Below, piece by piece: positions 1 through 20,633 of a DNA stretch of 64,000 nucleotides. The DNA comes from Salpingoeca rosetta (taxonomy: Eukaryota; Protista; Choanoflagellata): the NCBI GenBank assembly GCA_033442325.1, contig JAWQFM010000001.1, positions 382,966-446,965 on the forward strand. The letters run 5' to 3'. The notes beneath the pieces are model-generated. The model was not told the origin of the DNA and searched no databases. It was given only the letters and a program-made list of their open reading frames with translations. Each line of letters begins with the position of its first letter. The first letter of the stretch is position 1. A program made the position numbers and the translations under genes.

Positions 1-269
<269 letters not shown>

Positions 270-394
270 GATGCATGCATGCGGGCGCCACAACAAAGCT
301 GAGCGGCTACCACAGGCCGTGTGTGTCGACGAGTGCGTGTCTTCACTAACATACGAACCTCTTTGTACACGTGTGTTGATTTACAGAAGAGATC

Positions 395-6897
<6,503 letters not shown>

Positions 6898-7641
6898 ATG
6901 AACACAAATTGCGACATCACTGTTGGGGATGTTCACAGGAATGGGACCAAATGTGTGCTTCTCTTGATCTGACAACTACAGTCATTGCAGTGTCAACAGT
7001 GTCAACAACTGTCCACGCACCAATGCACATCTCAACCTCGCTCACCACCGCAATACACACACACCAAAACAGCTGCAGCAGGAGGACCGGTTTACGTTTG
7101 TGTGAGCAATGCACGTTGCACGACTTGCTTGCGATGAAATCACATTCACTGCACATTGCGTGTGCCTTGTTTCTTCCCTGCCTGTCCTCTCCTCCTCTTG
7201 TTGATTTCTTGTTCCCTCCCCCGACTCCTCGTTTGCAGAAAGAAAGCATCACCCATGCATGCTGAATGCGTTGCCTGTCATCTGTGTGTGCTTGTTCTGC
7301 TTTTCTTGTTGTTGTTGGCTTGCTTGAAAGAATGATTACAACGGTCAAACCAACACGAACGGAACAGCGTTGCTGTTGTACTGATGAAGAAGGTACTGTC
7401 AAAGGGCACACACACACAACACAACTTCCACAACAACAACGTGAATATAACGTTCATGCCACTCGCGCACATACGCACACACGCAACCAACCACCCACTC
7501 GCATTCGCCCGACCGCACACACGCGCACACAACCCAAGCACAGCCATAACACAACCATAACACAGTTCGTCACGTAGCGCCACATGTAATGTAACAAGGG
7601 AACAATGCCAGCTGGCACACAGTCACGATTCCTGGTCACCA

Positions 7642-10600
7642 TCACCGTTGCTCTTCGCTTCCTCTCGCTTCCCTCGTCGCTCCTTCTCCTTCCCGTTGGT
7701 CCTCTGCGACCGTAACTTTGCAATTCAGCCCACACCTCAGCTTCTCACCATCACCATCACCATCACCATCACCATCACCATCTTCCCTCACGTCCATCGC
7801 CTTGCGATCAGCGGTATCACCTGCCTCTGGTGTCCTTTCTTCGGCAAGGGTGCGTGAGACGCTGCTGGTGTTTGCGCCGCTTTCTGTCGGTTGTGTGGTG
7901 ATAACGGTGGGCGTGTTTTCTGCTGTTGCTGTTGCTGCTGGTTGTGTTTCACGCGTTGCAGCAGGAGAGCAAGGGGTGGCAACACTCTTGCTGTCGTCGT
8001 TGTTGTTGTCAGCCTGTGCGTCGATGCTGCGCTTGCTTGTGCTGTCATTGTCGCTGCCCTTGGCCTGTGCAGCATCAACACCATCGCTGTGCATGTCACT
8101 GCCAACAGCCTGCTTCTCCTGCTGCTCCGTCTTCCCCTGCGTCGAGTCCTTGTGTGTGGGCTTGTTCGAGTTCGCGCCAGTGCCCGCCGCCATCAGTTGA
8201 AAGATTGTTGGAATCGACTTAATGTCACTTCGGCCCTTGACAACCCCTGCAGCAAGTGTGGTCAAGTTGTGAGCAATGGTGAGCACGTTGTCCTCAACAT
8301 CTGCAAATAAAATGCTGCACATGTGTGGTTGACAAAGCGGCGACTGTTTCACTGCCATCGGCCGCTACAACACATCACACACACAACACATCAAACGCGT
8401 CACACACACACACAACGCGTCACACGCGTCACACACACACACACAACACATCAAACGCGTCACACACACACATCACATCACATCACAATCCCACGCGTCA
8501 CACACATACACGCACGCAAGGCACGCACAACAAACGAACCGTTGGCTTTGGCTTTCTTGGGCGAGTTGTTGCCGTCATCATCAGTGGAGTCAGAGTGTGC
8601 GTCAGCTGATGCCGTTGGCTTCTGCCTCAGCTGCTTCTTCTTCTTCTTCTTCGTTGCCTTCTTTGTCTTTGCACCCCCACTGTTGTTCTTGCCATCGTCA
8701 TCATCATCATCATCATCATCATCCTTTGCAGCTGGAGCCACTGGCTTCTTCTTCCGCTTGCGCTTCACCTTCTGCTGTTCGCCCTTATCGTCGCTCTTCG
8801 ACTTCTTTGCAGCCTTTTTCTTGCTGCTGTTGCTGTTGTTGTTCTCCCCTTCCGCATCACCGCCATTGGCCAGCTTTGGTGTCACTCGCTTCTTCTTCTT
8901 CTTGCTTGCCTTTGTCTTCGCTGCCGCTGCCGTTGCTGCCGCCTTGTTCTTCTTCCCATTACCATCCCCGCCTGTACTCTTGCCGCCGTCTGCCTTACTG
9001 CCATCGCCTCCACTCCCGCTATTGCTGGCATCTGCCTTGTCTGTCTTCTCCGCCGGCGGCGGTGGAAGCGGTAAGTCCTCCAGCTTGTGCTGTGCGAGCG
9101 CGTCCGGGTGCACAAACCATCGTGGACGCGTGTACGGTGCGCGAATCTCCTTTGTCACAAACGAGCGGTCGTTCAGCTGTCGCAGCACCGCATTCTTCGT
9201 CTGCCCGTCAGCCAGGCCCGCAAAGTCTGCAACATCGTATGGGTGTGTATGACAAAGAGAGCGGTACAGAAAAGAGAGTGAGTTTATGTAAGTTGTGTGT
9301 GTGTGTGTGTGTGAAAGAAACTCAAAAAAAAATGAACGAAGGGTGTGCCCGACCACACCCAACCACAGAAGCCATCCGTTGCATTCCACTCTGCAACAAC
9401 TCACGCTCAGCAATAATCTTCTTGCCACGCGTCGTGCCGTGGATGAACTTGATCAAATCTGGAAACAAAGCAACGTGTGAAGAAGCGAGGCAGGCATGGG
9501 AATGAGGTCTAGGGACTGTTCACATCACAGCAGTGGCGCTGGGCACCAGTACCACCGACAAATACAACTCAAGCAACCGAGCAACGTGCACAACAACAAC
9601 AACAGCTGCAGCTGCAAGTGCATGAGCGAGTAGGCACGCCCACCTGGGATGAGGTTGTCCTGCATGGCTGTCTTGCGTGCAACAACCTTTGGTGTCACCT
9701 GAACAAGCGAGGGTAGATTGGATAAGCGAAAGGCGTCAGCGACGATGGTGGCAGGGGTGGCAATGGGAGCGAAGGCGCACGAAGCTCGTACAGTACATCG
9801 CATAAACACAAATGCACGCACACGTGCACACGCACGAGCACACATGCACACCTGCACCCAAAACACACGCACACGCACACGCACACCTACACGCACCTGG
9901 GGCGCCTCAAACGGGTCGATGGGGAGTGGAAGAAGAGGAACAGCGGTGAAATCAGCCAAGACCTCGTGCTGCGCTGCGTCATCGTCCCACAGCAGACCGT
10001 AGCAGAACGCCTCCTGGTTCAGGAGATCACTGCATCCACACAGCACGCGGCCGAGGTAATTGACATGAGTTTGGACGTTTCCTGCTCTGTCTCCTGTGCG
10101 GGCACAGCAGCAGGCGCCAACCGCCAAAGCAGACAATACTCGCGCCCCAAACTCAATGCGCCACACTGAAAATGTATCTGGAAACCTCCACCACCTCCAC
10201 CTCCACCTCCACCTCCACCACCGTTGCGACTTACGCGTCCTCCGTGGGTTCGAGGTAGTGGCGAACGGCTTTGCGAAGGCGGCGGCGCTCCCGTTCAGCA
10301 AGCTCGGCATCAATTGGATGCTCACCGCCAATGCACACATCACGTTGTCCGCGCGTGTCATAGTCGCCATCAACGTCTTCTTCGTCGTCTTCGTCGCTCG
10401 AAGCAGCACCCTCGCCCTCGGAGAGGTAGCCGTGCGGGACGAGCCAGCCATCAGCGTCACCATCCTCGTCGCTGCAATGAATGAGACACGTCACGTACAG
10501 GTGGAAGAAGGGAGCGTGCGTCAATGCACGCGCGAACACGACAACCAAACATCGCCACGCTCACGTGGACAAAGACACGGTGACAAGCCATCACACCACC

Positions 10601-13600
10601 GTCACGCCATCATCGCAGCATACGTAGTCACACCATCATCAATCAGTGTCATTACGCACGAAACCATCATCGCACCATCACAATGAAAATCACTGCTTCT
10701 GTTCCCTTCAAAACAAAGCCCTCCTCCCCCTCCCCCTTCCCTTCTGGCATGTCAGCTCACTCTGCATCCTCGTCGTTGTCGTCGGCCTGGTCGTCGTCGC
10801 TATTGCACTCATCAGCGTCCTCAGGTTCCGGCTCCCACTCTGCCTCGCTGTCGTGGTCATAGTCGAGCACGCGCGTGTCCTTGCCAACTGCAAGGGGAGG
10901 GGGAAAGGGATTGTGATGCGATTGTGATGTGATGTGGGGTTGCATTGACGGTGGGCTTGTTGTGTGAGCACAGAACAGAACCAAGGTGGAATACACGCTG
11001 GCAGTGACAGCGAATAGGTGCGTGATCGGCAGTGGTTGGCACGTGGAGAAAAACAAGGATGCGAACACGCGCGCACACACACACGCACTCACTCACATCA
11101 GCAAAACACGCACGCACTCACTCACTCATACTCAAACGCAAGCACCAACACAGGCCCACGTCCAGGGCAATGCACCAACACAGGCCCACGTCCAGCGCAA
11201 TGCACGACTGACATGGGCATCGGGGTGTGACGGCAGCAGAGGATCGGGTCCATGTGCCCCACAGCGGCGGGCGGACATCTTCCCAGAACTAAACGCGCGA
11301 TTACCAACATACATGAGTGCATGTGTGAATTTGTTCATTGCGGAGGATTACGTAAAGTGACACTGCACTCAGAACAACAGCACAGACGTCATGCGGATAC
11401 CCAACCACCTCACGTATGCACACACACGCAAACGCACAAGCAAACGCAAAAGGCGTTGCACCAAAGATGCAGGTTACATCTCCTCCCCTCCCCCCTAACA
11501 CGTCCCGTGTGTGTGTCACGCTTCCCCACAACGCACCTGAAGAAGTTTCACGCGCTCAAACTGCTGTGTGCCTGCATGCATAATGTACGCGTGCTTCTTC
11601 GTGTCCACGTCGCGGTAGCGTTTCGGCGCAGTCTTCCACCGCAACGTCAGCTCCTCCCGCAGGTCCGACGCGTGCTCGCACATGGCCTGGTCGCCAGAGA
11701 GCGGGCCCTGGAGCCGGGCGTCCACAACATCGCGTGATGGCTGCTGCGCTTCGGGCAGGCGGTGCGTTGGTGCCAGCGTCATGTCCTGCTCGAAAACATG
11801 TGTGCACAAGGGCGTTGGATGTGAGACGGGGAAACACCGACAACAGTAGATAAAAGAAGGCACATTGCACACAAAAACACACACACACACAAAACAAAAC
11901 ACAAACACAAACACACACACACACACACAAACACACACAAAACAAAACACAAACACACACATACACACAGAGCACAATAAACCGCGCGTGTGGTCGGACC
12001 TGCAGCACAACAAACGGGTCAAATCTGTTGACGGAGGTGTTGAGGGCAACGGGCTCTGCCTTTTCCGGCGTTTCGGGCTTGTTGTTCTCAAGAAACGACG
12101 CCATAAAAGACTGCATCATCTTCACGGGGCGCTGGTGATCATGACAGCGGTGGTGGTGGTAAAGGTGATGGTGATGAGGGTGAGGGTGACGACGTCGTGA
12201 GGGTGAATGGATGATTCATCGCACAACCGAAAGCAACACTCAAGGACAGATATCCCTCTTATCCCTCTTTGTCTCTCTGTCTTGGTGGTTGTGGGCATAC
12301 GGGCCAACCTTTTTCTTTTCCTCCAGCGCCTGTCGCTCTTCCTCCTGTCAAAACACACGTGCAAGCGTGCATTGGTTTGTTTGTGCGAGAGCACGTGTGA
12401 GATGCGCTTGGGGGTGAATAATCGACAGGGTCAGCAGGCAGCCGCAAGCAAGCGGGCACGCGCACCACGCGTCAGTGTGCACGGTGTGTAAATGTACGCC
12501 CCACCTTGCGTTTGCGCTCCTGTTCTGCCTCCTCCTTCTTGCGCCGCTTCTCTTCCTCGCGCTTGCGTTTCTCTTCTTCGCGCTGCAGACGCTGTTCCTC
12601 CTTCAGCCGCTCTGCCTCTTCCTTCTTCCGCTTCCTCTCTTCTTCCTTCTTCTTCTTCTCCTCCTCCCGCTGCAGACGCTGTTCCTCCTTCAAGCGCTCT
12701 GCCTCTTCCTTCTTCCGCTTCCGCTCTTCTTCCTTCTTCCTCTTCTCTTCTTCCTTTTTCCTCTTCTCTTCCTCCTTTTCCTTCTGCTTCTTCAGCCGCA
12801 GCGCCTCCTACACGCGCACGCGCGCGCACACACCACCACGCATAACGATGTGAGTCTGTGACGCTGGTGTGCGATGGCATGCTTCAGAGAGAGGAGTCCA
12901 ACATCACACACGCATGCACACACGCCACACGCCACACGCCACACGCCACACACCACACGCACACATGCAAGCAACACACATGGGCCGATGCACTCCCCTT
13001 CCCCTTCCTGGCACACACACACACACAGGATACGCACCCTCTCTTCGCGGGCACGACGCTTTGCTTCCTCCTTTTCCCGCTTCTTTCGCTCGCGGTCCTC
13101 CTGCTTTGCTTTTGCTCGCCGCTCCTTCTCCTCCGCACTCAGCTTCGCGCGCTGTTTGTGCGTGTATGTGTGTGTGTGTGTGTGTGTATGTGCGTGTATG
13201 TGTGTGTGTGTGTAAGAGTGTGTGTGTGTTGATGGTGTGGGAAAGATATGAGCAACACAATGCAGCACAATGCAGCATCAACAGTGCAGACACACCCAAT
13301 GAGCTTTCACAAACACACACACACACACCTTCGACTTGCTGCTGGTGGAGGATCGTGTTGGCGTGACAGACGCCTTTGTTGAGCTGGCTGCTGATGCCTG
13401 TTCGTCGGCCTTGGCGTTCGTCTTTGTCCTGTTGCGCTGTGCCGTCCGTCGCGGCTGCTTTCGTGTTGCGCCAGACACTGCACTGTCGTCGCCCGTCTTC
13501 TTCGCCTTCTTGGGGGAATTCTTAGCCCCAGTGGTCGTGTCGACCTCCACAACATCTTGGCCATCATCCTCATTGTCGCTGGCGTTGTCATCGCTGTCGT

Positions 13601-14765
13601 CACCCTCCTCATCACTTTCATCCTCATCGCTTTCATCATTGCCATCACCATCATCCTCATCATCCTCGTCATTTTCGTCGTCGTCATCATCATCGTCGTC
13701 GCTGCTTGGCCCGCCCAGTTCCTCGGGCCGCGTCCACACCGACTGCTTCGTGATGTGGTTGTAGTAGTAGTCCAGGCCATCGGGGCTCAGGTGGTGCGTC
13801 CACGCACACCCATCGCTTGTCGCGGGTGCCTTGCCCGCTGTTGCGCCGCTGGCCACTTCTGTTGCTGCGGCCTGCTTGTCGTCGCCGGGCCCCATGGCCT
13901 TGTTCTTGGTCTCGGTCTCGGTGTCGTTGGCGCTCGTGTCATGCTGTGTTGTTGTGACGTTGGCATGTGTCGCTGCATCATTCTCTTTCTCGTCGTTGTC
14001 GTCGTCATTCTCTTCATCGTCATCTTTATCGTCGTCGTCGTCGTCGCCTTGATCGATACTTGTGTTCCTGCTGCTGTCACTCTCGCCAGCATCGCCGTTA
14101 CCACCAGCACCGCCTTTGCCTTGATCATCACGGCCACTGCTGTTGTCGCCGTCATCGTCGCCATCGCCACCGGCATCACCGCACTCACCGCTGTTGTGGT
14201 CCTTGTCGACAACGCTCTTGCCCTGCTGGTTGTTGCTGCTTCCATCGCCAGCAGAGGTGGTCTCGGCCCCGCCCTGTTTGTCCTGCGGCTGGTTCTGCTC
14301 CGTCGATGCGTCGTCATCAACGTTGGCCTCGTGCTGCGAGGAAGATGCCGATGTCGACGAGGAGGAGGAGGAGGATGAGGACGATCGAATCACAACAATC
14401 TCCGCATTGTCCGTGACGGCCGTGGGTGGGGCATCGGCGGCGAACCGCAGCGTGCGGGATGCATCGGGCTTGGTGCTCGCCGCTTGCTCGTCATCAAGGT
14501 CGGGCCGTTTCGTTGCTGGGACACTGGCGGCGTCCGAGGCCCCTGGCGTGGCTGACGACAGCTTGCTGGGAGAGGACGCAGCGGACGAAGAGGCTGGTGT
14601 TGTGAACTGCGGGCTGGCGCGGTCGGATGAGCTTTGCGCATCCGTGCCGCGGTGCCGCGACTTGCGTTTGGACTTCACCTCCCGACACAGGAACGAGTCG
14701 AGGGTCGCTGCGTGTCCGGTGGGCGCGTTGCGTGTCGAGCACACAGCGAGGATTGATGCAGGCGC

Positions 14766-14853
<88 letters not shown>

Positions 14854-15040
14854 GTGTGTGTGCGTGTGCGTGTGCGTGTGCAGATGCAGATGTGTGTGAG
14901 CAGGTGCGAGCTTGATGTTTGAGACGAGCGGACAAAGCAACAGACGAACAAAGCAACAGAGGCTGCCGCTGGAAGCTGTGCGATCAACAACAATCGTCAC
15001 GGTGCACACCCCACCTACCTATGCTCTTGTTGACCGACAT
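7642..15040 (-). CDS. CHAF1A: Chromatin assembly factor 1 large subunit (p150/Cac1/Rlf2-like), multi-exon, with an extra WW domain
   Basis: K/E/R-rich helix (about 12300-13150), then MMQSFMASFL, KLLQ|FWEDVRPPLWGTW, LDYDHDSEAEWEPEPE, an acidic ED stretch, WLVPHGYLSEGEG and a C-terminal RWFVHPDALAQHKL winged-helix-like block. Predicted first exon MSVNKSI (15040-15019) joins ATLDSFL. The 3' end is uncertain. Confidence 0.9.
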
Positions 15041-15085
15041 GACGGCAGACTGGTGGAAGGCGCTCCCTCCTGTCGACAGATGATT

Positions 15086-15139
<54 letters not shown>

Positions 15140-15440
15140 TGCGTGTGTGTGTATGGGATGTGAATGAATTGGCGCGTGAATGGAGGTGGTCGTGCACACA
15201 CACATGCATGTTGTTTGTCGACAGAGTAGCGTGTATGGCATGAGGCACACAGCATGCAAACACGCACACAGGATAGCTTGGCTTGGCTTGGCTTGGCTTA
15301 CGTGTCGACAAGGGGAGGGACGATGGTCAGTGCTTGTGTGTCGCTTCTTGGTGGGTGTCTGTTCACACCTTCACAGACAGCGCGGAGTGTGTGTGTGTGT
15401 GTGTGTGTGTGTTGTGCAGTGTGGGCGAGCGAGTTTGCGA

Positions 15441-15470
15441 GCGGCGCGGGTTCAAGTTTGCGCGCCAAAA
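15441..15470 (-). promoter_or_regulatory. Candidate E2F site plus CHR-like element upstream of CAF-1
   Basis: The minus strand reads TTTTGGCGCG-CAAA-CTTGAA-CCCGCGCC, about 400 bp upstream of the predicted ATG. Confidence 0.55.
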
Positions 15471-15584
15471 CTTGTTCGTTGTAGAGAATTGGTGAATATC
15501 TTCATACACTGTGGGTGGTTGTGACCGACACCACAAGCGATAGTCGCGGGGCAAGACCAAGAACGACTGCTGCACACCACCACC

Positions 15585-16787
15585 ATGCCGCTGCCATCAT
15601 CATCGTGCAGGGTTGCCGTCCTGGTTGGTCCCGAGCGGGGATTTGATGTGGACTCCATCGACCCTACGATTCGCCAACAGCTGGAACAGCACGTTCAGGT
15701 TCCAACTGCAGACTCATGTGCTGTGTTCTGTGTTCTGTGTTTGTGTGTATCGTGAGTGTGAGTGTGTGTGTGTGTTGTGAGTTGATGAGATGTGCAGTTC
15801 TAGTGTGAGTGTGTGTTGTTTGTGTAAGTGTGTGTGTATCGTGAGTGTGTGTGTGTATCGTGAGTGTGAGTGTGTGCTTCGCTGTGGGCGTGTTGGCACA
15901 TTGATTGTCAAAACACACGCAACGCCTTTGCTGCGCAGTTGCACTCATACGCACACTTGACAACCCGCTCGTGACTGCAGCTGGTCGACTATGAGACAGC
16001 AAAAGCCAGTGCGGAGACAGAGCCCGTGGATGTCATTGCCACGTTTGCTCACGTGCTGGTTGGAAAAGAGCTAGTCACAGCCCTCAGCCCTTCCCGCGCC
16101 CTCAAGGTAACCCCAAACATGCGTGTGAATTGAAAGGCCAGCCAGTACTTTGTGTGTGTGTGTGCGTGTGCGTGTGTGGGTGTGGGTGTGGGTGTGGGTG
16201 TGGGTGTGGGTGTGGGTGTGGGTGTGGATGTGGATGTGGGTGTGGGTGTGTGTGGGGGGGGATGAAACACGTGGTTGACTTTGACCCCCTCGCTTTTGAC
16301 AGGCTGTTGTCAATTACGGCGTTGGCGTCGACCACATCAACCTTGATGGTGAGCTGCACTGATTACGAAAAGCGAATACCGCTGTGGTGGTGGCGTACAA
16401 CACACATCCCCTTCGCGACACACACACACACACACTGGGAGCTCACGCACGCGTGCAATGTTTGCTTTGCCTGCCACCCCGTGCCAGAGATGCGTGAGCT
16501 GGGCATCCCCGTGTGCAACACCCCTGGCGTGTTGTCAGGGGCGACTGCAGACATGGCGTGGGCGCTGCTGATGGCGTGCGCCCGCAACATTGTGCAGTGC
16601 GATGCGTACTGCCGGTCCGACGCCTACACCGTCTACAGAAACATGATCTTCCTTGGCCGCGACGTGCACCACAAAACCATCGGCATCGTCGGCCTCGGGT
16701 CTGTCCACATACCAAGTCACATGCTGCGTCTGTGTGTGTATGTGTGTGTGTGTATTTGCGCGCTCTCAGGTGTCCGTCTCTCCGTGT

Positions 16788-16847
<60 letters not shown>

Positions 16848-18484
16848 ATGACTGTGCGTCCGTGCGCATGCATCTGTGTATGTGTCTCTCTCCGTCTCTC
16901 TGTCTGTCTATGCGCACATGTATGCGTGACTGTGTGCCAATGTGAGTCGTTTGCTTGCTGTGTTGTCCGTGTGCCCTGTCGCACCGATCAGCCACCATGC
17001 TTGAGCATTGCTGGTCTGTTCTGCATGGTCTGTCCTGCATGGTCTCTGACATGTCGTGTGCGCTGCTCGCTCCATGACCGCATCTTGCTCCAGCCGCATT
17101 GGCACCGAAATTGCGCGTCGGGCCAAGGGATTTCACATGCGCATCCTCTATCACAACCGCAGCCCAAACAAGGTACTGTGTGTGTGGGTGTGGGTGTCTG
17201 TCCGTTAGTCTCTCTGTGTGTGTGCGCTCGTTTGTGTGTGTGTGTGTGTGTGTCGACCATACACAAACTTCATTCACAAACTTCATATGGGAGTTGACGT
17301 GTGCTGTGTGTTTGGTTGTGGCTGTGATTGCGCCTCACCTCGCTGTTTTCTGTGTTCGACCGTGGCAGGATGCTGAGGATAAACTTGGAGCAACGCTCGT
17401 ATCCTTGGATGACTTGCTGAAGGAGGTGTGTCAGCAGGCACAGACGCCCGTGTGTACTTTGTCTTGCTTGCATGGCTGGGATACTTCTCCTTCCCCTCTT
17501 TTTCGCTTTGTTTTTCCCCTCTTCTTCCTGCCCCGTGTTCCTTCCTCTCCTCCCGTCTCGGCTGTTGCTGCCGTTTTCACCGCTACCACCTTTGACATCT
17601 TTGTTGTTGAGCAGAGTGACTATGTTGTGCTGGTGTGTCCGTGCACCCCAGAGACAACGGGCCTCATCTCCACGCCTCAACTGAAGCTCATGAAGGTGTG
17701 GGCTGCATTCACGCGCGTGATGCCAGTGCGCCTTTCACGTTCTTGCGTCCATGTGATGTACTTCCCTGCCCTCTCCTGCCACACTCGCACTCTCACACAC
17801 ACTCGCATGCACTCACACACACTCACACACACTCACCATGTACATGTTCGCACAGCCACTCACAGGTTCGCACGCACACACACACACATACACATGCACA
17901 TACTCACGATGACACGCATGTCTGTGTTGCAGAGCACCGCGTTCCTGGTCAACATTGCCCGCGGCCCTGTAGTGGATACAGATGCGCTTGTGGCGGCACT
18001 GCAGTCGAAGGAGATTGCTGGCGCCGGTCTGGACGTGACAGATCCAGAGCCCCTCCCGCTTGGCCATCCTCTCCGTACCCTCGACAACGTTGTGCTCGCA
18101 CCACACCGCGGCAGTGCTACAGCAGAGGTAATGTGTATGTGTGTGTGTGTGCGCGCGCGCGTGTGTGTGTATGTGTGTATGTGTGTGTGTGCCTGTCTGT
18201 TCGTCCAGCTGTCTGTCCGTCCAGCTGTCTGTCCGTCCAGCTGTCTGTTCGTCCAGCTGTCTGTTTGTCTGTCTGTGGCAGCAGCACATAATGGACTGCG
18301 AACCAAAACATGCTGGCTCTGCTGTTACGTGTCCCGCTTTGCTTCTGTAACCTGCAGCTCTGCACGTGTTTGTCGTGTGCGTGTGCATGTCCGTTTGCAG
18401 GCGCGTGCGGCTATGGCGCAGCTCGTGATTGATAACGTGCTGGCTGCAGCACGAGGAACGCCGCTTCTCACTCGCTGCGCGTGA
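15585..18484 (+). CDS. D-isomer-specific 2-hydroxyacid dehydrogenase (glyoxylate/hydroxypyruvate reductase-like), multi-exon
   Basis: [19 protein letters not shown]; Rossmann motif TIGIVGLG|RIG; YHNRS (NADP-type); catalytic Arg/Glu/His motifs [15 protein letters not shown] and LAPHRGSAT. Confidence 0.95.
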
Positions 18485-19113
18485 TGTGTTTGGTGTGCCT
18501 TTGTGTGCTTTGTGTGCTTGTGTTTCTGCCACCCCTTCCCGTGCTTCGTTACCCGCTTGTTGTTCCAATTAAACGAACCCCCTTCCCGCTCAACGCGCTA
18601 TGCCACATCTCTCATGTGCATGTATTGCACGCACGACACAATCACATGCAATCCTCGCAATCACGAGGCTGTAGGCTCTTCCCAATCACAAACACACCGC
18701 GCTGCTGTGCACCGGTTGTGCGTTTTGTTGTTGGTGCAACAGCAGATTTTCTCCCTGTTTGACAGGCCAGCGCTGTTGTTGCTGCTGCTACGACTGCTGC
18801 TGTGGCGAGGAGGGAAGGAGGACGGGGGAGGACGAGCACGCCTACACGCCCTTGCACGAGGGCCTAGCACACGCTGATACGTGAGCACCGCGACTTCACA
18901 CCAGCCACAGTTGCTCTGCAACAGGCTCGGAGACTTACTGCAACAAGCAACGGGAGCAACGGCCTTCTATCTTTGTACTCGCAACAGCTACAGCAACCCC
19001 CTGAATAGAAGCGCTTACACACGCAAGCAAGATATCCGAGTGCCAGTGCTGTTCGACGACTGCGAGCCAAACGCATCCCAGCATTCCCGTACAGCACTGC
19101 ACGAAGCGACCCG

Positions 19114-20576
19114 ATGTTTGCTCGGTTGCTGCGACGCAAGCAGCGCTCGACCGAGGAGTCTGATGACGCCGCATCCAATAGCGACAGGGGTGGGCGGACG
19201 ACGCGGCGCAGCCTCGCAACACGGAGGCAGGACCAAGATGCCGGATTGAGCTCCGAACGGGAGCAGCAAGAAGCTCAACAGCAACGCCAGCAGCAGGGGC
19301 ACCCCGACCACACACAGCAAATCACGACAACTACACCACGGAAGCAGTCTGCGAGGAAGAAGAGGAAAAACAGGCGGCGGTCTTCAGCTCGCGGCCCGCG
19401 CAGTCGTCGCAGTACGGCAACGCTCTCGCCCGACACGCGGAGCAGCAACGGCAGCAACAGCCGACCTGGCAGCCGACCCTCCTCCCGTCAGACGGGGCGC
19501 AGGCAGAGTCGTCGAAGGCGCAGCACCCGAGGCAGCACACGCAACTCCCTTGATGAGAACTGTTTGTATCTCGGCGAAGAGTTCAACCTGCCGGGTGAGT
19601 CGAGTCTGTCTGCGTGCGGGTGTGTGTGTGTGGGGGGGGGGGACGTGCGTGTGTTTGTGTGCGCATGTTTGTGTGCATGTTTGTGCCTTTGAACATTCAT
19701 GCACGTGTGCCTTTGAGCTTACATGTGCATGTGCATGTGTCTGCCTGTCACCATCGCTTGGCGCTCACAAGCACCCGATTGTATACCTCCAACCATCGCC
19801 AATCACTTAACCCCCCCCCCCCTCCTTTGCCATGAGTGCAGATGCCATTCCCGAGGGACAGCAGGCCATGGATGCAGAGGATCTCCTGGCGTTGTTGTTT
19901 GCACAGAACAAGGAGGACATTGCACCTCCTCGCGCCAGCACGTCGATGGTGCCTGTGTATGAGCGCAAGCACTCGACAGATGCAGTCATCCCCTACTTGC
20001 GGAAGAAGAAAATGGAGCTGCCACCTCGCCCAGCAAAGTGGCGGGAAACCGTCTGGGACCGACCAAGCTACGCTCAGGTGAGCCATGGTCTTCCCTCGCC
20101 TTGCTCTGCTGAGCCGTACACGGCCGCCCTGCCAAGCTGGCAAGCTCCTGGCTCTATGTATTCAAACTCATACACTCCACATCTGTAACTTGCATCCCCA
20201 CCACTGTACCGCCGCATACCGTACACCTTCCCTTTTCGTGTAGCCACGCCGTCGCGCATCCTCGATGGACAACTTTGGACTCGGCTATTATGGGTCGGGC
20301 GATGGCGACGAGACGGACGATGAGTACGATGAGGAAGATGACGAGTACGGGTACGACGACGACGACGGTGATGACGACGGTGATGACGAGAGTGATGGTG
20401 CTGACGCTGATGATGATACAAGGGCTGCGGGCGGGGACGACAGCGCCAATGATGGCGAGTACCTGGATATACCAAGTGGTTCGCCCAAATATCACAACCC
20501 CTTTGGACACGCATTGAAGCCAACCACCCTTTACCAACCCAACAGCAAGTCTTCCACCCTGCCAGCGCAGACCCAC

Positions 20577-20633
<57 letters not shown>

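Noticed and set aside
11141-11205. 30-bp direct repeat, and similar short arrays at about 8370-8470, 43930-43985 and 49840-49897, considered as CRISPR or transposon ends
   Set aside because: They are adjacent tandem copies without unique spacers, with no cas gene or transposase; ordinary minisatellites
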